The notes: generated by a model not told the origin, from the letters alone. DNA of 64,000 nucleotides from Chitinophagales bacterium (GCA_026936105.1 JAIXKI010000023.1:35484-99483); one strand, 5' to 3'. Positions 17,095 to 27,770 are shown, counted from the stretch's first letter. Numbers and translations are program-made.

Positions 17095-17529
17095 TATATC
17101 CCCATCAAAGAAACAAGCCGGGAACTGCGTACCGTTTTAAAGGATGCTTCTGCGATGTTTCAAGCCCGAATCAAAATGTTTCTGTCCATGAAAATGGCCG
17201 GAGAAAAAGGTATATCCAAAAGAGAACTGATGGATACTGTAGGAGCTTGCAGTTAAAGTATTCACAACCGGCGGGCGGCTTATAAAGCAGGCGGTATGGA
17301 AGCGCATCTGAGTAATGGCCGCAAGGGCAGATCAGGCAAACCCTCCATTTTTACAGGGGAAGAGCATAAGAAAATAGAGAGGGAACTCAAAGACCCCAAA
17401 AACAGATTGCAGGGATATATTGAGCTCCAGCAATGGATCGAACAGAAATTTCATAAAAAAGTAAGTTACAATACCCTGCTAAAATATGCCCGGCGCCATT
17501 TCGGCGTAAAGATGAGTGTTAGTCAATAA
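17095..17529 (+). pseudogene. Remnant of an IS630-family transposase N-terminus (HTH regions only), with an in-frame TAA and no DDE domain
   Basis: ORFs 17005-17256 and 17296-17529 are in the same frame, separated by TAA at 17254-17256. The joined text ...QARIKMFLSMKMAGEKGISKRELMDTVGACS*SIHNRRAAYKAGGMEAHLSNGRKGRSGKP..LQGYIELQQWIEQKF..SYNTLLKYARRHFGVK resembles the two HTH modules of IS630/Tc1-type transposases. The reading frame ends before any catalytic domain. Confidence 0.6.
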
Positions 17530-17552
17530 AAGCGCAGGGCTGTTTACAGTAA

Positions 17553-17589
17553 GAAAAAAAATGCCGGGGATATTATCTGACCCCGGCAT
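17553..17589 (-). terminator. Rho-independent terminator downstream of the DUF2911-like gene
   Basis: A 9-bp stem ATGCCGGGG / CCCCGGCAT (17561-17569 and 17581-17589) has an 11-nt loop and is followed on the minus strand by a run of 8 T (17553-17560). Confidence 0.8.
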
Positions 17590-17609
17590 AAAAAGTGAAT
17601 TTTGAAATA

Positions 17610-18146
17610 CTATTTTACAGAAACAGGAACTTCAAGGTTTTCCCAAATCAGGGAAAATCCATTTCCGTCAATGGAATAGGTAAGATGTTCCGTAAAGCTC
17701 TTTGATTTTTGGGGCTTAACTGTTACCCTTAAGACATCTTTGGCCGGATCTTCGGTAGTCTCTCCACTCATCTTGATTCCCCATTGTCCTGTCTGGGAAT
17801 TAAAAATGATCGTCCATTCTTTTTCACCCGGAATTGCATAAAGACTGTATTTGCCTGCCGGTAAAGATTTCCCTTCTACCTTAATATCCTTATCTGTACT
17901 GAAGGTAGTGGCTTCATTGGCGCCTGCTCTCCACACCTTATTATAAGGAACCAGTTCGCCCCAGATCTTTCTTCCCTTTACAGAAGGGCTGCTGTAATTA
18001 ATGGTAATAGTGGCATCACCGACTTTTCCGGTAGCCGTAGCAGCAGGGCTGGCTCTGTTACCCTGCTGTGCAAAGTTTTCCGCCTGTAATAAAAAAGCGA
18101 AAGCCGCCAGTAAAAGGCAATATCTGAGCAATACTAAATTTTTCAT
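17610..18146 (-). CDS. Secreted DUF2911-like protein
   Basis: 178 aa with a signal peptide. ITINYSSPSVKGRKIWGELVPYNKVWRAGANEATTF and GKYSLYAIPGEKEWTIIFN match my recollection of the DUF2911 family. Confidence 0.6.
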   Translation of the reverse strand: MKNLVLLRYCLLLAAFAFLLQAENFAQQGNRASPAATATGKVGDATITINYSSPSVKGRKIWGELVPYNKVWRAGANEATTFSTDKDIKVEGKSLPAGKYSLYAIPGEKEWTIIFNSQTGQWGIKMSGETTEDPAKDVLRVTVKPQKSKSFTEHLTYSIDGNGFSLIWENLEVPVSVK

Positions 18147-18210
18147 TGAAGATAATTTTGATGAATAATCGGTTTAGGACAATTAAAGTTACATTTTTTC
18201 ATAATATTAA

Positions 18211-19449
18211 TTACATACGGATTGCATCAACACCGATCCCGAAAACTTTCTGAGACAACTGATCCAGCATTTCTTTGCTTCCCTGAATATGAAAAGTTCT
18301 CTGCCAGTGAGAAATGGATGCACCCGGAGCCAAAGCTGCCGCAGGTGAGGAACTTTCCACCTCATAGAATTTTCCCATTTGTTTTCCATCTATCGGCCCG
18401 TCATTATATGAATTCACCGCATCACCGGAAAAAGGGTCCTTCTGAAGTTTCCACAATGAATTGACATAATCTTTTGCACCTGCCGGCAGATCAAACTGAA
18501 CAATGGTCAGGGTGCTGTTTACCGGATCATAACTTCCTAATACAGGCAAAGCTCTTGATGGTGATAACCCGATCTTACTGCGATACTTTGCATCTGCTTT
18601 AAAGAAGATCTTCCCATTATCAATTTTTATCCTGTCAGAAGGAATAGTGCCAAAATAATCGGTGGTCACTATCTTGCCAAGTTTTGTTGAATCACCTTGC
18701 TTATAGGGCAGCACAACTGTAGTTTCATCAGAAGCATTCAGCATGCCCAGTATCCAGAGGGAAAGCATTCCCGATTTTTTATCCCAGGCTTTCTTACCCT
18801 GATTTGTTAAACTGTTATCTGACTGAAAAGCCACAACTTTCAAATCTGCAGGCACGGTAATACCCAATGCACTGTCTATTTCATTTTTATTCAAAAGACG
18901 GATATCCCGGTTCAGTTTCAGGTCGAATTGAGTGGCCGAATAATTTTCCAGATGCATGGTCTTTTCAAACTTCGCATGCAAACGGTCGGAGGAAACCAGG
19001 TCGAATGGCTCGGTATCAAATTCTTTGGGCACAAACCAATTATCAAAGACAAACTCTGTTCCTTTTTTAAAGAAAACAGAGAACTGCCCTCCTTCGGGCC
19101 CCAACCATAAACGGTCTTCTCCGCCGAATGCGCTCATGTGGGGTGTAGGTTTGCCCGTTGCGATCAGTTCATGGTTCACCCAACCAAAGCTGGGCCCTGA
19201 ATTTCCCGAAGCAGTGCTAGTCATCACTCTACCCTGATAGCTGGGAACGATCAGTACTGATGCGCCGCTGCTGTCATCGCCAAGAACCACAAGATCTTTA
19301 TGATACTTCTTCAAAAAGTTCAGATCGTATCCGAAACTTCCTTCTTTGAATTTAGCTGCTTCTGAATCTTTATTCTGATCACTGTCTTTCCCCGAATTAG
19401 TACAGGATAACATGATCATGGTAATCGCCAGAAAAAAATTCCATTTCAT
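18211..19449 (-). CDS. Hypothetical lipoprotein
   Basis: The ORF is trimmed to the ATG at 19447-19449, which gives MKWNFFLAITMIMLSCTNSG (lipobox LSC). The longer ORF-track version adds an implausible N-terminus. Confidence 0.6.
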   Translation of the reverse strand: MKWNFFLAITMIMLSCTNSGKDSDQNKDSEAAKFKEGSFGYDLNFLKKYHKDLVVLGDDSSGASVLIVPSYQGRVMTSTASGNSGPSFGWVNHELIATGKPTPHMSAFGGEDRLWLGPEGGQFSVFFKKGTEFVFDNWFVPKEFDTEPFDLVSSDRLHAKFEKTMHLENYSATQFDLKLNRDIRLLNKNEIDSALGITVPADLKVVAFQSDNSLTNQGKKAWDKKSGMLSLWILGMLNASDETTVVLPYKQGDSTKLGKIVTTDYFGTIPSDRIKIDNGKIFFKADAKYRSKIGLSPSRALPVLGSYDPVNSTLTIVQFDLPAGAKDYVNSLWKLQKDPFSGDAVNSYNDGPIDGKQMGKFYEVESSSPAAALAPGASISHWQRTFHIQGSKEMLDQLSQKVFGIGVDAIRM

Positions 19450-19635
19450 AATTTGAAAACTGTTTTGATCAACTAATATTTTTACAGATCCGTAAGATTC
19501 ATTCTTCAAACTTATGCTAAAAATCGAATACGCAGGCTCCTGCCCTCTCATCTTTTCACATAAATAAATTTTGTACGAATGGTATTCAGGTCTCAATTCT
19601 TCTTCATACATTTAGCTCCTAAACTTTTTTTTGGC

Positions 19636-20142
19636 ATGAAAAAATCATTACTGAAACAACTTCTTATCCTTATTGCAGTTCCGGCTCTTTTATTGTCTTT
19701 CACTTCCCTCCCCGACCGGACCAACTTTTCGGGCGAATGGAAACTGAACACCGATAAAAGTGATCTGGGTCAAATGGCAAACTTTGCCGTCACTTCTTTG
19801 AAAGTAAATCAGGCTGATGAGTCCATTACCATTGCCAGGACAGCGCCATCTTTCCAGGGGGATGAAAACACGACCACTGAAGCCATCACCTTTGACGGAA
19901 AGACTACAGAAACCAAGCTTTTCGGCGAGTCAAGCAAGAAATCTTCGATCAAATGGAGTGAAGATGGGAAGACTTTTACCATCACATATACTTTAAATCT
20001 CGACTTCAACGGTCAACAAATGACTGTAGAAGGGACAGAAAAATGGAGCCTTTCTGATGACGGGAAAACGCTGACTCTGGAAACAAGCTCTACGTCCGAT
20101 TTCGGTGACATGTCCACCACAGCCGTGTACGACAAAAAGTAA
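19636..20142 (+). CDS. Hypothetical secreted protein
   Basis: The ATG at 19636 gives the signal peptide MKKSLLKQLLILIAVPALLLSF. No recognisable family. Confidence 0.55.
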   Translation: MKKSLLKQLLILIAVPALLLSFTSLPDRTNFSGEWKLNTDKSDLGQMANFAVTSLKVNQADESITIARTAPSFQGDENTTTEAITFDGKTTETKLFGESSKKSSIKWSEDGKTFTITYTLNLDFNGQQMTVEGTEKWSLSDDGKTLTLETSSTSDFGDMSTTAVYDKK

Positions 20143-20151
20143 AAAGTCCGT

Positions 20152-21381
20152 TTAAACTTCCTGGTTTCGTTCGGCGAATTGTTCTTCTTCAACAATCTGC
20201 TCGGGTTTCTTTTTATAAAAGATCATTGCCAGCGTCATAATCACCCCGGTGGCCACAATGACAAAGAAAAGCAGGCCGTCATTGAATGAGCGGAGTTTCA
20301 GATGCTCGGGTATTTTGTAAAACAAGACAATGGTCACCAGTCCTCGTGGAATAAAATAGGATTCAGGGAACACATTGGTGTGAACAAAGAATTTGAGATA
20401 CAGCAGCCGTACCAGAAAGAGAACCACCACAATGATACTTCCGAGGATAATCACACTTTCTTCCCCGAGGAATGACAGTGAAATGGAAAATCCAAAAAGC
20501 ACAAAAAAGAAAGTACGTATCAGAAAAGATGATTCGGCAGTGATAGAGTGTAACAGGTGGCGGATCTTATCCACTTCACCATTGGGAAAATATCGCTGCA
20601 ATTTATCCACAAGAACTTTGTCCCAATTATTGATCAGTAATCCAAAAACAAGGATGATCAGTAAAGATGGAAGCTGCAGCATTCTCCCTCCCGAATAGAT
20701 CAGTACCAGCAAAGCAAAAATGAGAAAGAACTTTATGTCCATCTTTGTTTTGGCCAGTATAATAAATAATACGAACGAAAGGGCCAAAGATAAAAGTATT
20801 GAAAGTACAAGGCTGATACCTAACGTGGCAGCTGAGGTCCAGGTCAAAGTATTTTCAGCAATAAAATAGTTGAATGCCAGGATGCCCAAAATGTCTGAAA
20901 AAGAGGCCTCATACACCAGGAATTCTTTTTTCTGCTCGGTCAACGGATGCAGGCTTGGTAGAACAATGGAACTACTCATTACCGAAAGGGGGATCGCATA
21001 AACGATACTTTGATGCATGGGCTCATTCAATGAGAAATAAAGTATAGAAGCCACCGCCATGGTTGATAAAGCCATGATCACAAAGGCCGAAAAAAAAGAA
21101 TTCCTGATAAGCTTGACCTTGTCTCTTCCTAATCGCAGGTCCAGCCCTGCTTCCAATACGATCATGATGATGCCCACTTCTCCAAGGGTCTCCACCAGTT
21201 TGGGTGAAAAATTCAGTTCTACACTATATTGATCCGCAATAAAACGAAACAGGATACCGACAAATAACAATAATAAGACCGAAGGCACTCTGAAGTATCT
21301 TCCTATGATCGAGAACACATAAGACAAGATCACCAGGCTGCACAGGGCAATAAGTATCTGTTCCGAGTTTAATTGACCCAT
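20152..21381 (-). CDS. Cation:proton antiporter family membrane protein
   Basis: 409 aa and polytopic. The N-terminus LVILSYVFSIIGRYFRVPSVLLLLFVGILF is typical of Na+/H+ exchanger (CPA) proteins. Confidence 0.7.
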   Translation of the reverse strand: MGQLNSEQILIALCSLVILSYVFSIIGRYFRVPSVLLLLFVGILFRFIADQYSVELNFSPKLVETLGEVGIIMIVLEAGLDLRLGRDKVKLIRNSFFSAFVIMALSTMAVASILYFSLNEPMHQSIVYAIPLSVMSSSIVLPSLHPLTEQKKEFLVYEASFSDILGILAFNYFIAENTLTWTSAATLGISLVLSILLSLALSFVLFIILAKTKMDIKFFLIFALLVLIYSGGRMLQLPSLLIILVFGLLINNWDKVLVDKLQRYFPNGEVDKIRHLLHSITAESSFLIRTFFFVLFGFSISLSFLGEESVIILGSIIVVVLFLVRLLYLKFFVHTNVFPESYFIPRGLVTIVLFYKIPEHLKLRSFNDGLLFFVIVATGVIMTLAMIFYKKKPEQIVEEEQFAERNQEV

Positions 21382-21404
21382 GTAATAAAATTAAAGGAAA
21401 TAGT

Positions 21405-22646
21405 TCATTTCCAATCCCCGTTGATCATTACTTTATTAATAAGATCCGTGCCGAAAGAATAAGGGATATAGGCAAGAGATGATATTTGCCGGGTCAATAT
21501 TAAGTCTGCTCTTTTCCCTATTGTAATACTACCTGTAAATTTTTCCAGCCCGATAGCATAAGCGCCATTGATCGTTGTTGCATTGACCACTTCTTCAGGC
21601 AGCATTTTCATTTGTATGCATGCAAGCGAAACAACAAAATTCATGTTTCCGCTTGGTGAGGATCCAGGGTTATAATCACTCGCCAATGCAATGGCCGCAT
21701 TACTCTCGATCAGCTTACGTGCAGGCGGATAATCCATCCTCAAAAAGAAAGCAGCAGAAGGTAATAAAGTGCCTATGGTATCTGATGAGGAAATTTTTTT
21801 AATGTCGCCTTCAGTCATGGTTTCAAGATGGTCCATCGAAAGTGCTTTCAATTTTATCCCTGACTCAATACCACCGATAGAGCTCAGTTGATTCACATGG
21901 AGCTTGGGCTTCAATCCATAACTGGCTCCTGCTTTCACGATAGTTTCCATTTCTTCGGGAGAAAAGAATCCTTTCTCACAAAACACATCAATGAAATCTG
22001 CCAATTTTTCTTTGGATATGACAGGCAGCATCTCGTTGATGATAAGATCTATGTAACCTTTATGATCGTTTTTATATTCAGACGGATAAGCATGGGCTCC
22101 CAAAAAAGTCGCTTTGATCAAGAGATCAGATCTTTCCTTGAGTCTTTTTATCACTCTAAGCATTTTCAATTCTCCTTCTACTGTCAAGCCGTACCCGCTC
22201 TTTATTTCCACAGCGGTTGTACCAAGCCTGCTGATTTCCTGTATTCGCTTCCAGGCACTGTTGAACAATTCATCTTCAGATGTGTCATTCAGTTTCTTTG
22301 CAGAATTCAGAATGCCGCCGCCTTTTGCTGCAATGTCAGTATAACTCATCCCCTTTATTTTGTCAATAAATTCCTCCTCACGGCTTGCAGCAAAAACAAG
22401 ATGGGTATGTGAGTCACACCAGCCGGGAAGGATGAATTTTCCTGAGGCATCTACCTGATCAGGTATATGAAGCAAAGACCTGTTCATGTCTTTCATTTCT
22501 CCATAAGAAGAGATCATCCCGTCTTCAATCAGAAGAAAAGCATTTTCAACAGAATCCAAAACAGCGAGCTTGTTTCCTCTCAGCAGTTCATTTTCTTTTC
22601 TTACCCCAACAAGCCGTTTTATGTTTTTAATGAGGGTCGTTGCCAT
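21405..22646 (-). CDS. hutI: Imidazolonepropionase
   Basis: GWCDSHTHLVFAASREEEF..GMSYTDIAAKGGGILNS is the HutI amidohydrolase signature. The start is trimmed to the ATG at 22644-22646 (MATTLIKN...). Confidence 0.85.
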   Translation of the reverse strand: MATTLIKNIKRLVGVRKENELLRGNKLAVLDSVENAFLLIEDGMISSYGEMKDMNRSLLHIPDQVDASGKFILPGWCDSHTHLVFAASREEEFIDKIKGMSYTDIAAKGGGILNSAKKLNDTSEDELFNSAWKRIQEISRLGTTAVEIKSGYGLTVEGELKMLRVIKRLKERSDLLIKATFLGAHAYPSEYKNDHKGYIDLIINEMLPVISKEKLADFIDVFCEKGFFSPEEMETIVKAGASYGLKPKLHVNQLSSIGGIESGIKLKALSMDHLETMTEGDIKKISSSDTIGTLLPSAAFFLRMDYPPARKLIESNAAIALASDYNPGSSPSGNMNFVVSLACIQMKMLPEEVVNATTINGAYAIGLEKFTGSITIGKRADLILTRQISSLAYIPYSFGTDLINKVMINGDWK

Positions 22647-22724
22647 GCCTGAAAGATAGGAATAATAAAAAATCCGTCCCACACACTGCAGGACGGATAT
22701 TCTGTGTATCAATTAAACTTTTTA

Positions 22725-23663
22725 TCAGTAAGGCAGGATCACCGAATGTGGATTACCTGCTGGATCTGTCCAGGTTAACTTCATGTAATAATGTCCGGTG
22801 CCGGGGCATGAAGTTGGGTTACCCTGTGCATCCAGGCCAAAAGTGGCAGTGCCTGAAAAATCAGTTCTTATATTTACCACCTTGCCGCTTACTACCCTGA
22901 AATTACAATCCTGACGGACCACCAAAGGTTGTTCTATTTGCCAAACGAAAGATTTTCCGAATCTGTCCGTTCCCCACAAAGCAACACCTGTTGTACTTCC
23001 TTCGGTGTGTGTTCCGGTTTCCGTGGCAACTCCACCATTATCATAAGTAAATACAACTTGTTTGGCTACATTCCAGATACGCTGGCTGCCATCATTAAAA
23101 GTAATAGTGACATCATTTCCGGTAAGAGTATGCGTGATCGGGCCTGCCGTAGCAAGGTTTATCAGTAAGCCTCCTGATACATTGGTATAGGTCAGGTCTC
23201 CGTTCAATGTAACACTTTTACTATCACTGGTGCGGGTTACTTTAAAATTCTGGAAAGAGACGGTAACGGCAGCGCCTGCATTCTTCCAATGCGTGTTTTC
23301 CGGAGTTGACACTTCAATTACGCCGGTACGGGTATAATCGCCAAGGCAAGTACTCCCGTTAAAAGTAAATGTCAATGACCAGATCGGGCCTGTTGTTACA
23401 GCCGTTACATCGGCATCACAGATCAGGGATTGGATCTCCTCACCTTTTCCGGCAAGTGCCGCTGTGGCTTCAACCATTACATTTACATCTCTGGTAGCAT
23501 TGTCAATGATACTGGAAACTGTGTTCTGATCATCAGCTCCGGTCTTTACCTGAGTGGATTGATCGTTGCCCTGAGAAGTATTGGAATTATCTTTTTGGCA
23601 AGCGGTAAAAATCAAAGCCGTGCATAATGCCAGCACAGTCAAAATGGGAAGTTTAGTTTTCAT
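22725..23663 (-). CDS. Hypothetical lipoprotein
   Basis: 312 aa with MKTKLPILTVLALCTALIFTACQKD (lipobox). The protein is Thr/Gly-rich and likely beta-rich. No recognisable family. Confidence 0.6.
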   Translation of the reverse strand: MKTKLPILTVLALCTALIFTACQKDNSNTSQGNDQSTQVKTGADDQNTVSSIIDNATRDVNVMVEATAALAGKGEEIQSLICDADVTAVTTGPIWSLTFTFNGSTCLGDYTRTGVIEVSTPENTHWKNAGAAVTVSFQNFKVTRTSDSKSVTLNGDLTYTNVSGGLLINLATAGPITHTLTGNDVTITFNDGSQRIWNVAKQVVFTYDNGGVATETGTHTEGSTTGVALWGTDRFGKSFVWQIEQPLVVRQDCNFRVVSGKVVNIRTDFSGTATFGLDAQGNPTSCPGTGHYYMKLTWTDPAGNPHSVILPY

Positions 23664-23957
23664 AAATTAAATTTTGATTTTGGTAATTAGTCAGCTAAAA
23701 AGACCTGACCGGTGTTTTAAAGTTTAAAAGGTGATGCTTCTATTTTTTTTAAACAACAAAGAAACAAATCAAATACCTGTTTTAAAACGTAGAAGGTCAT
23801 CAGTTATTATAGTAATTCTACGATTAACACGAGATAACATTTTTTTTAATGTTGCAGCTATATGAACATAATGATGACAATTAAGTGGGATATAAAAGGA
23901 AGGAAGAAGTTGCAGGCCAATCAATATTTCTTCGGGTAACTCATAACGTGCAATGAC

Positions 23958-23987
23958 TAAAAAAACCTCCCGAAAAGTCAGGAGGTC
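23958..23987 (-). terminator. Rho-independent terminator downstream of rpmE
   Basis: On the minus strand: GACCTCC-TGACTTTTCG-GGAGGT followed by TTTTTTT (stem 23965-23970 / 23981-23986; T-run 23959-23965). Confidence 0.7.
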
Positions 23988-24040
23988 TAAAGTATAGCCA
24001 TGAAAAACAAAAAAAATTCTGCTATAAAACTACGCAATTA

Positions 24041-24289
24041 TTATTTTTTGTTGTATTTCTTTTTGAACTTTTCAATACGTCCGGCGGTGTCCACCAAAAC
24101 GTTTTTTCCGGTGAAGAAGGGATGAGAAGTATTAGAAATCTCCAATTTCACCAGTGGGTACTCGTTACCATCTTCCCATTTCACTGTTTCTTTTGAGGCT
24201 GCGGTAGAACGGCTTAAAAAGGTATAGCCATTGCTCATGTCTTTAAAGACAACCAGACGATAATTTTCAGGATGAATGCCCTTTTTCAT
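24041..24289 (-). CDS. rpmE: 50S ribosomal protein L31, type B (no CxxC zinc motif)
   Basis: [17 protein letters not shown]...HPFFTGK is the L31 signature. The start is trimmed to the ATG at 24287-24289. Confidence 0.9.
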   Translation of the reverse strand: MKKGIHPENYRLVVFKDMSNGYTFLSRSTAASKETVKWEDGNEYPLVKLEISNTSHPFFTGKNVLVDTAGRIEKFKKKYNKK

Positions 24290-24695
24290 AATTCTTTGAT
24301 TTGAAGTCGGCAAAGGTAGTTCTGAAAGCGGTTTTATCCAAATATTAATTGAGACAGATCCGGTAGGTTTTTCGCAGGAAAGAAAATAAAACCACTGAAA
24401 TAATTGAGAAACAGGCATAAAAGAAAGAAGCATCCGGCTTCATACTTATAACAGCTTTCGCTATTATACTTACTTACCTGATGCTTCCCGGAGTAGCTTC
24501 TGTCTTTTTACGGACTTCTGCTATCCTTTTTGCATTTCATTTTGTTGCCAAAATTTGTGCAGTTGTAAACCGAAGATATGATTGCCGATTGCCCTTTTCC
24601 AAATTTTTTAACCTGTTCTTTTCCACCTGTTGTTCACGACTTTTCAACCGGTTTATTCACAAAAAATATCATCAAAATCCGGGTTGTTCTTAAGA

Positions 24696-25187
24696 TTAGT
24701 TTCTCATATTCACATACTGCAAAGGAAACCCAAGATTGGAAGTCTTGCAAAGCTGAATAACTGATTGGAGGTCGTCAATTTTTTTCCCGGTCACTCTCAC
24801 AAGGTCATCCATGATCTGGGCCTGGACCTTCAATCCTGAGTCTTTGATCAGTTTAGTCACTTTTTTTGCATCCTCCTGAGCCAGCCCGTTCTTTACCGGC
24901 ACTTCTTTTTTCATCACCTTGCCGCTTTGATAGGCTTCTTTTGAAAAATCAAATGCCTTGGGGTCAATTCCCTGCTTCATGGCCCTGCTCATCAATACAT
25001 CGCAAAGCTGTCGCATCTTCATATCATCTTCAGCTTCTAAATTTATTTTGAACTCTTTTTTATCCAACGTTATGACAAGGTGTGATCCTTTAAAGTCAAA
25101 ACGGTTGGAAAGTTCCCGGGCAGTGACATTTACGGCATTATCCAATGCCTGGGCATCCACTTTGCTGGTGATATCAAATGAAGGCAT
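24696..25187 (-). CDS. yajQ: YajQ-family nucleotide-binding protein (UPF0234)
   Basis: MPSFDITSKVDAQALDNAVNVTARELSNRFDFKGS is the canonical YajQ N-terminus. The start is trimmed to 25185-25187. Confidence 0.88.
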   Translation of the reverse strand: MPSFDITSKVDAQALDNAVNVTARELSNRFDFKGSHLVITLDKKEFKINLEAEDDMKMRQLCDVLMSRAMKQGIDPKAFDFSKEAYQSGKVMKKEVPVKNGLAQEDAKKVTKLIKDSGLKVQAQIMDDLVRVTGKKIDDLQSVIQLCKTSNLGFPLQYVNMRN

Positions 25188-25310
25188 GAAGTAAGATTTA
25201 TGTTGCAAAGATAAAAGAAGCCGCCCCATTCTGAACGTGGAGCGGCTTAACACTAAAAACCAACATATGGTTATGAGAAATTTTTCATGGCTTTACTTCT
25301 CATAGCTATG

Positions 25311-27770
25311 TCAATTATTTCCTCCCTTGATACGTTGAAGTTCTTCTGTAGCACTACCTTCCCGGCCATTGCCAATGGCTTTCAGCTTTCCTTTATTGAA
25401 CCTCCAGGTGAAATTCAAACTCACCGACCGAATATAATTCTCATTTCTGAAATGGAAATCCACCGCACCATATTTGCTGTATCCGTTTATATTCAATCCG
25501 TTTAAAACATCAGAGAAATTCAGTTTTATCGTTCCTTTATTCTTTAAGACCTGCTTGCTGAATCCTGCATCTATTTTAGTGAACGACTCAATATAAATCA
25601 CCCCTTCCAATCCTTTACTTCTGTAAAAACCACTTACCTCCGCTCCCCATCCTTTGCCCCATTTGAATTGTTCCTGCACCTGAATCATCACTCCCGTCAC
25701 ACCCAGGGAAACAAGATCATTATTCACTATTCCTTTAAAATGATTTCTGTATCCGTTCACATAAACATTGCTGCTCCACCAGCTATTAAATTGTTTGTAA
25801 GCATTTACAGAAATGCCGATCTGGTGCATGTTGGCAATATTAGTGTACTTCAAAATGCCTTCGTTGGTAGTTTCATCCTGCTCTACCACCTGCTGAATGA
25901 TATTTTTGGTAGCACTGTAATTCAATGTAGTGCTGAGAAAATTATTGTATGTATGTGTCAGCTCAATGTTATTGGAGAACTGAGGCGCCAGTTCAGGATT
26001 TCCGGTCTGAATGGTGTACCGGTCCACGAAAAGAATGAACGGATTCAGATCCGAATAGTCAGGCCTTTGTATCCTTCTTCCGTAATTAATCACAAACTGA
26101 TTCTTATCATTAGCAGCATATTGAAGATATGCAGTCGGGAAAAGCTGCGAATAATTCCTTGTGAATGTCTCTCCTGTTGTAAGCTGATTTCCTTTTGCCA
26201 CGGTATTTTCAAACCGAAGTCCGACCTGGCCGCTCCACTTTTTACTCAATGGCCTTGAATAATTAAGATAGGCGGCATTGATGTTTTCTTCATACACAAA
26301 ATGATTGCTTCTGTTGATATCCGGAATGGATTGACCATTTATCAGGCTGTCATAACGTGCATCGTTGTCTGTTTTTACATAACTGGCTTTTACACCTGCT
26401 TCAAACTTTGCCCCCTTTTTTAAAGGAAGAGTGTAATCAATTTTTCCGCTATAGACATTAATATTTTGAGGAAGCTTTCCCATCAGTGTGTCCGGCACTT
26501 TCAACAAGACACCCGTATTATCATAATATCTACTGATAAGCGGTTGAACGGTTTTTGTCTTATATTGAATATAGTCAAGATTGGCACTGATCTCTTGTCC
26601 CGCAGAATCTAACTGGGTACGGAAGTTCAGATTAGTACTGAAGTTCTTTGTCTTTTGATCATTTTCAGAATATGCTTTGGTCTGGCTCATCAAAGAAGCG
26701 TTTGAATCTTTAATGAAAGCATCCGTGTTGCTCTTCCACAATGTAGGATTGTTATAACCATTCACTACAATTCCCATTGTGGTTCTTTTACTGATAAAAT
26801 AATCAAGCCCGGCTTTTGCACTTAAGTATTTGCTGGAAGATTTCATATGAGCCGCCTGATCCAGGCTGGATAAAATATTCTTGGAAATCTCATCCCTGAA
26901 ATTTCTATACATATAAAGGACCTGGTGACGTTCACCGTAATTATATCCAAGATTGCTGAAGAAATTTATCTTCCCGGTGCGATAATTAAAATTGAAATTC
27001 CCATTAGCTCTCGGATAATATGCCTGAGTGTATCCTGCAGTGATACTTCCGTTGTAACCAAACTGCTTGTTCTTCTTGGTCTTTATGTTGATCACTCCGG
27101 AATTGCCGGCCGCATCATATTTGGCAGGCGGGTTGGTCATGATCTCGATCTGGTCCAACTGGCTTGAATTCATATTACGCAGCAAGTTGGCCAGGTCCGC
27201 TCCGGATAAATAAGATGGGCGTCCATCAATATAAATCTGCACACCTTGTTTTCCTTTTAAAGAAATATTACCGTCTTTATCAACAGACACACCGGGTGCT
27301 TTTTCCAGAACTTCAAGTGCTGAGTTTCCCACATTGGTGATGGATGCATCTACATTTACTACAGTCCGGTCAATTTTCTGCTCTACCAATGGTTTTCTGG
27401 AAACAATAGTTACGACACCTAAAGATTTCTCTTCCTGCTTTAGTTTAATGGCGTTTAGCTCTATTTCCGGTTTTAGAGAGCTAATCTCAAAAATCTCTGA
27501 AAATCCCTTTTGATGACCGACTGCGCTGACAGCTACCAGGTATTTCCCAAAAGGAATACCTTCAATTATAAACTTGCCTGTCTTATCTGCCATTCCCATC
27601 TTTGAAATGGTGGAGTCAGAGGCCTTCAGAAGGGTGATCGTTGCCGATTCTACAGTTTTTGCATCACCATCTGTCACTGTTCCCATCACTCTTCCTGAAC
27701 TTGTTTGGGCATTGCTATCAATTGATGCAGAAGTCATTAAGATAGCAATAACGATAAAGATCTTTCTCAT
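25311..27770 (-). CDS. TonB-dependent outer-membrane receptor with an N-terminal carboxypeptidase-regulatory-like domain
   Basis: 819 aa with a signal peptide. It has a GTVTD...ATITLL beta-sandwich segment, a plug-like region (VVTIVSRKP...IDRTVVN..GNSALEVLEKAPGVSVD) and a C-terminal beta-barrel ending in ...NFTWRF. Confidence 0.8.
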   Translation of the reverse strand: MRKIFIVIAILMTSASIDSNAQTSSGRVMGTVTDGDAKTVESATITLLKASDSTISKMGMADKTGKFIIEGIPFGKYLVAVSAVGHQKGFSEIFEISSLKPEIELNAIKLKQEEKSLGVVTIVSRKPLVEQKIDRTVVNVDASITNVGNSALEVLEKAPGVSVDKDGNISLKGKQGVQIYIDGRPSYLSGADLANLLRNMNSSQLDQIEIMTNPPAKYDAAGNSGVINIKTKKNKQFGYNGSITAGYTQAYYPRANGNFNFNYRTGKINFFSNLGYNYGERHQVLYMYRNFRDEISKNILSSLDQAAHMKSSSKYLSAKAGLDYFISKRTTMGIVVNGYNNPTLWKSNTDAFIKDSNASLMSQTKAYSENDQKTKNFSTNLNFRTQLDSAGQEISANLDYIQYKTKTVQPLISRYYDNTGVLLKVPDTLMGKLPQNINVYSGKIDYTLPLKKGAKFEAGVKASYVKTDNDARYDSLINGQSIPDINRSNHFVYEENINAAYLNYSRPLSKKWSGQVGLRFENTVAKGNQLTTGETFTRNYSQLFPTAYLQYAANDKNQFVINYGRRIQRPDYSDLNPFILFVDRYTIQTGNPELAPQFSNNIELTHTYNNFLSTTLNYSATKNIIQQVVEQDETTNEGILKYTNIANMHQIGISVNAYKQFNSWWSSNVYVNGYRNHFKGIVNNDLVSLGVTGVMIQVQEQFKWGKGWGAEVSGFYRSKGLEGVIYIESFTKIDAGFSKQVLKNKGTIKLNFSDVLNGLNINGYSKYGAVDFHFRNENYIRSVSLNFTWRFNKGKLKAIGNGREGSATEELQRIKGGNN

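Noticed and set aside
19450-19611. N-terminal extensions given by the ORF track (18211-19611, 21405-22712, 24041-24433, 24696-25253, 48154-51255, 43568-44017)
   Set aside because: In each case an internal ATG gives a canonical signal peptide or the conserved family N-terminus. The extensions have no protein-like character and sometimes overlap the neighbouring gene.
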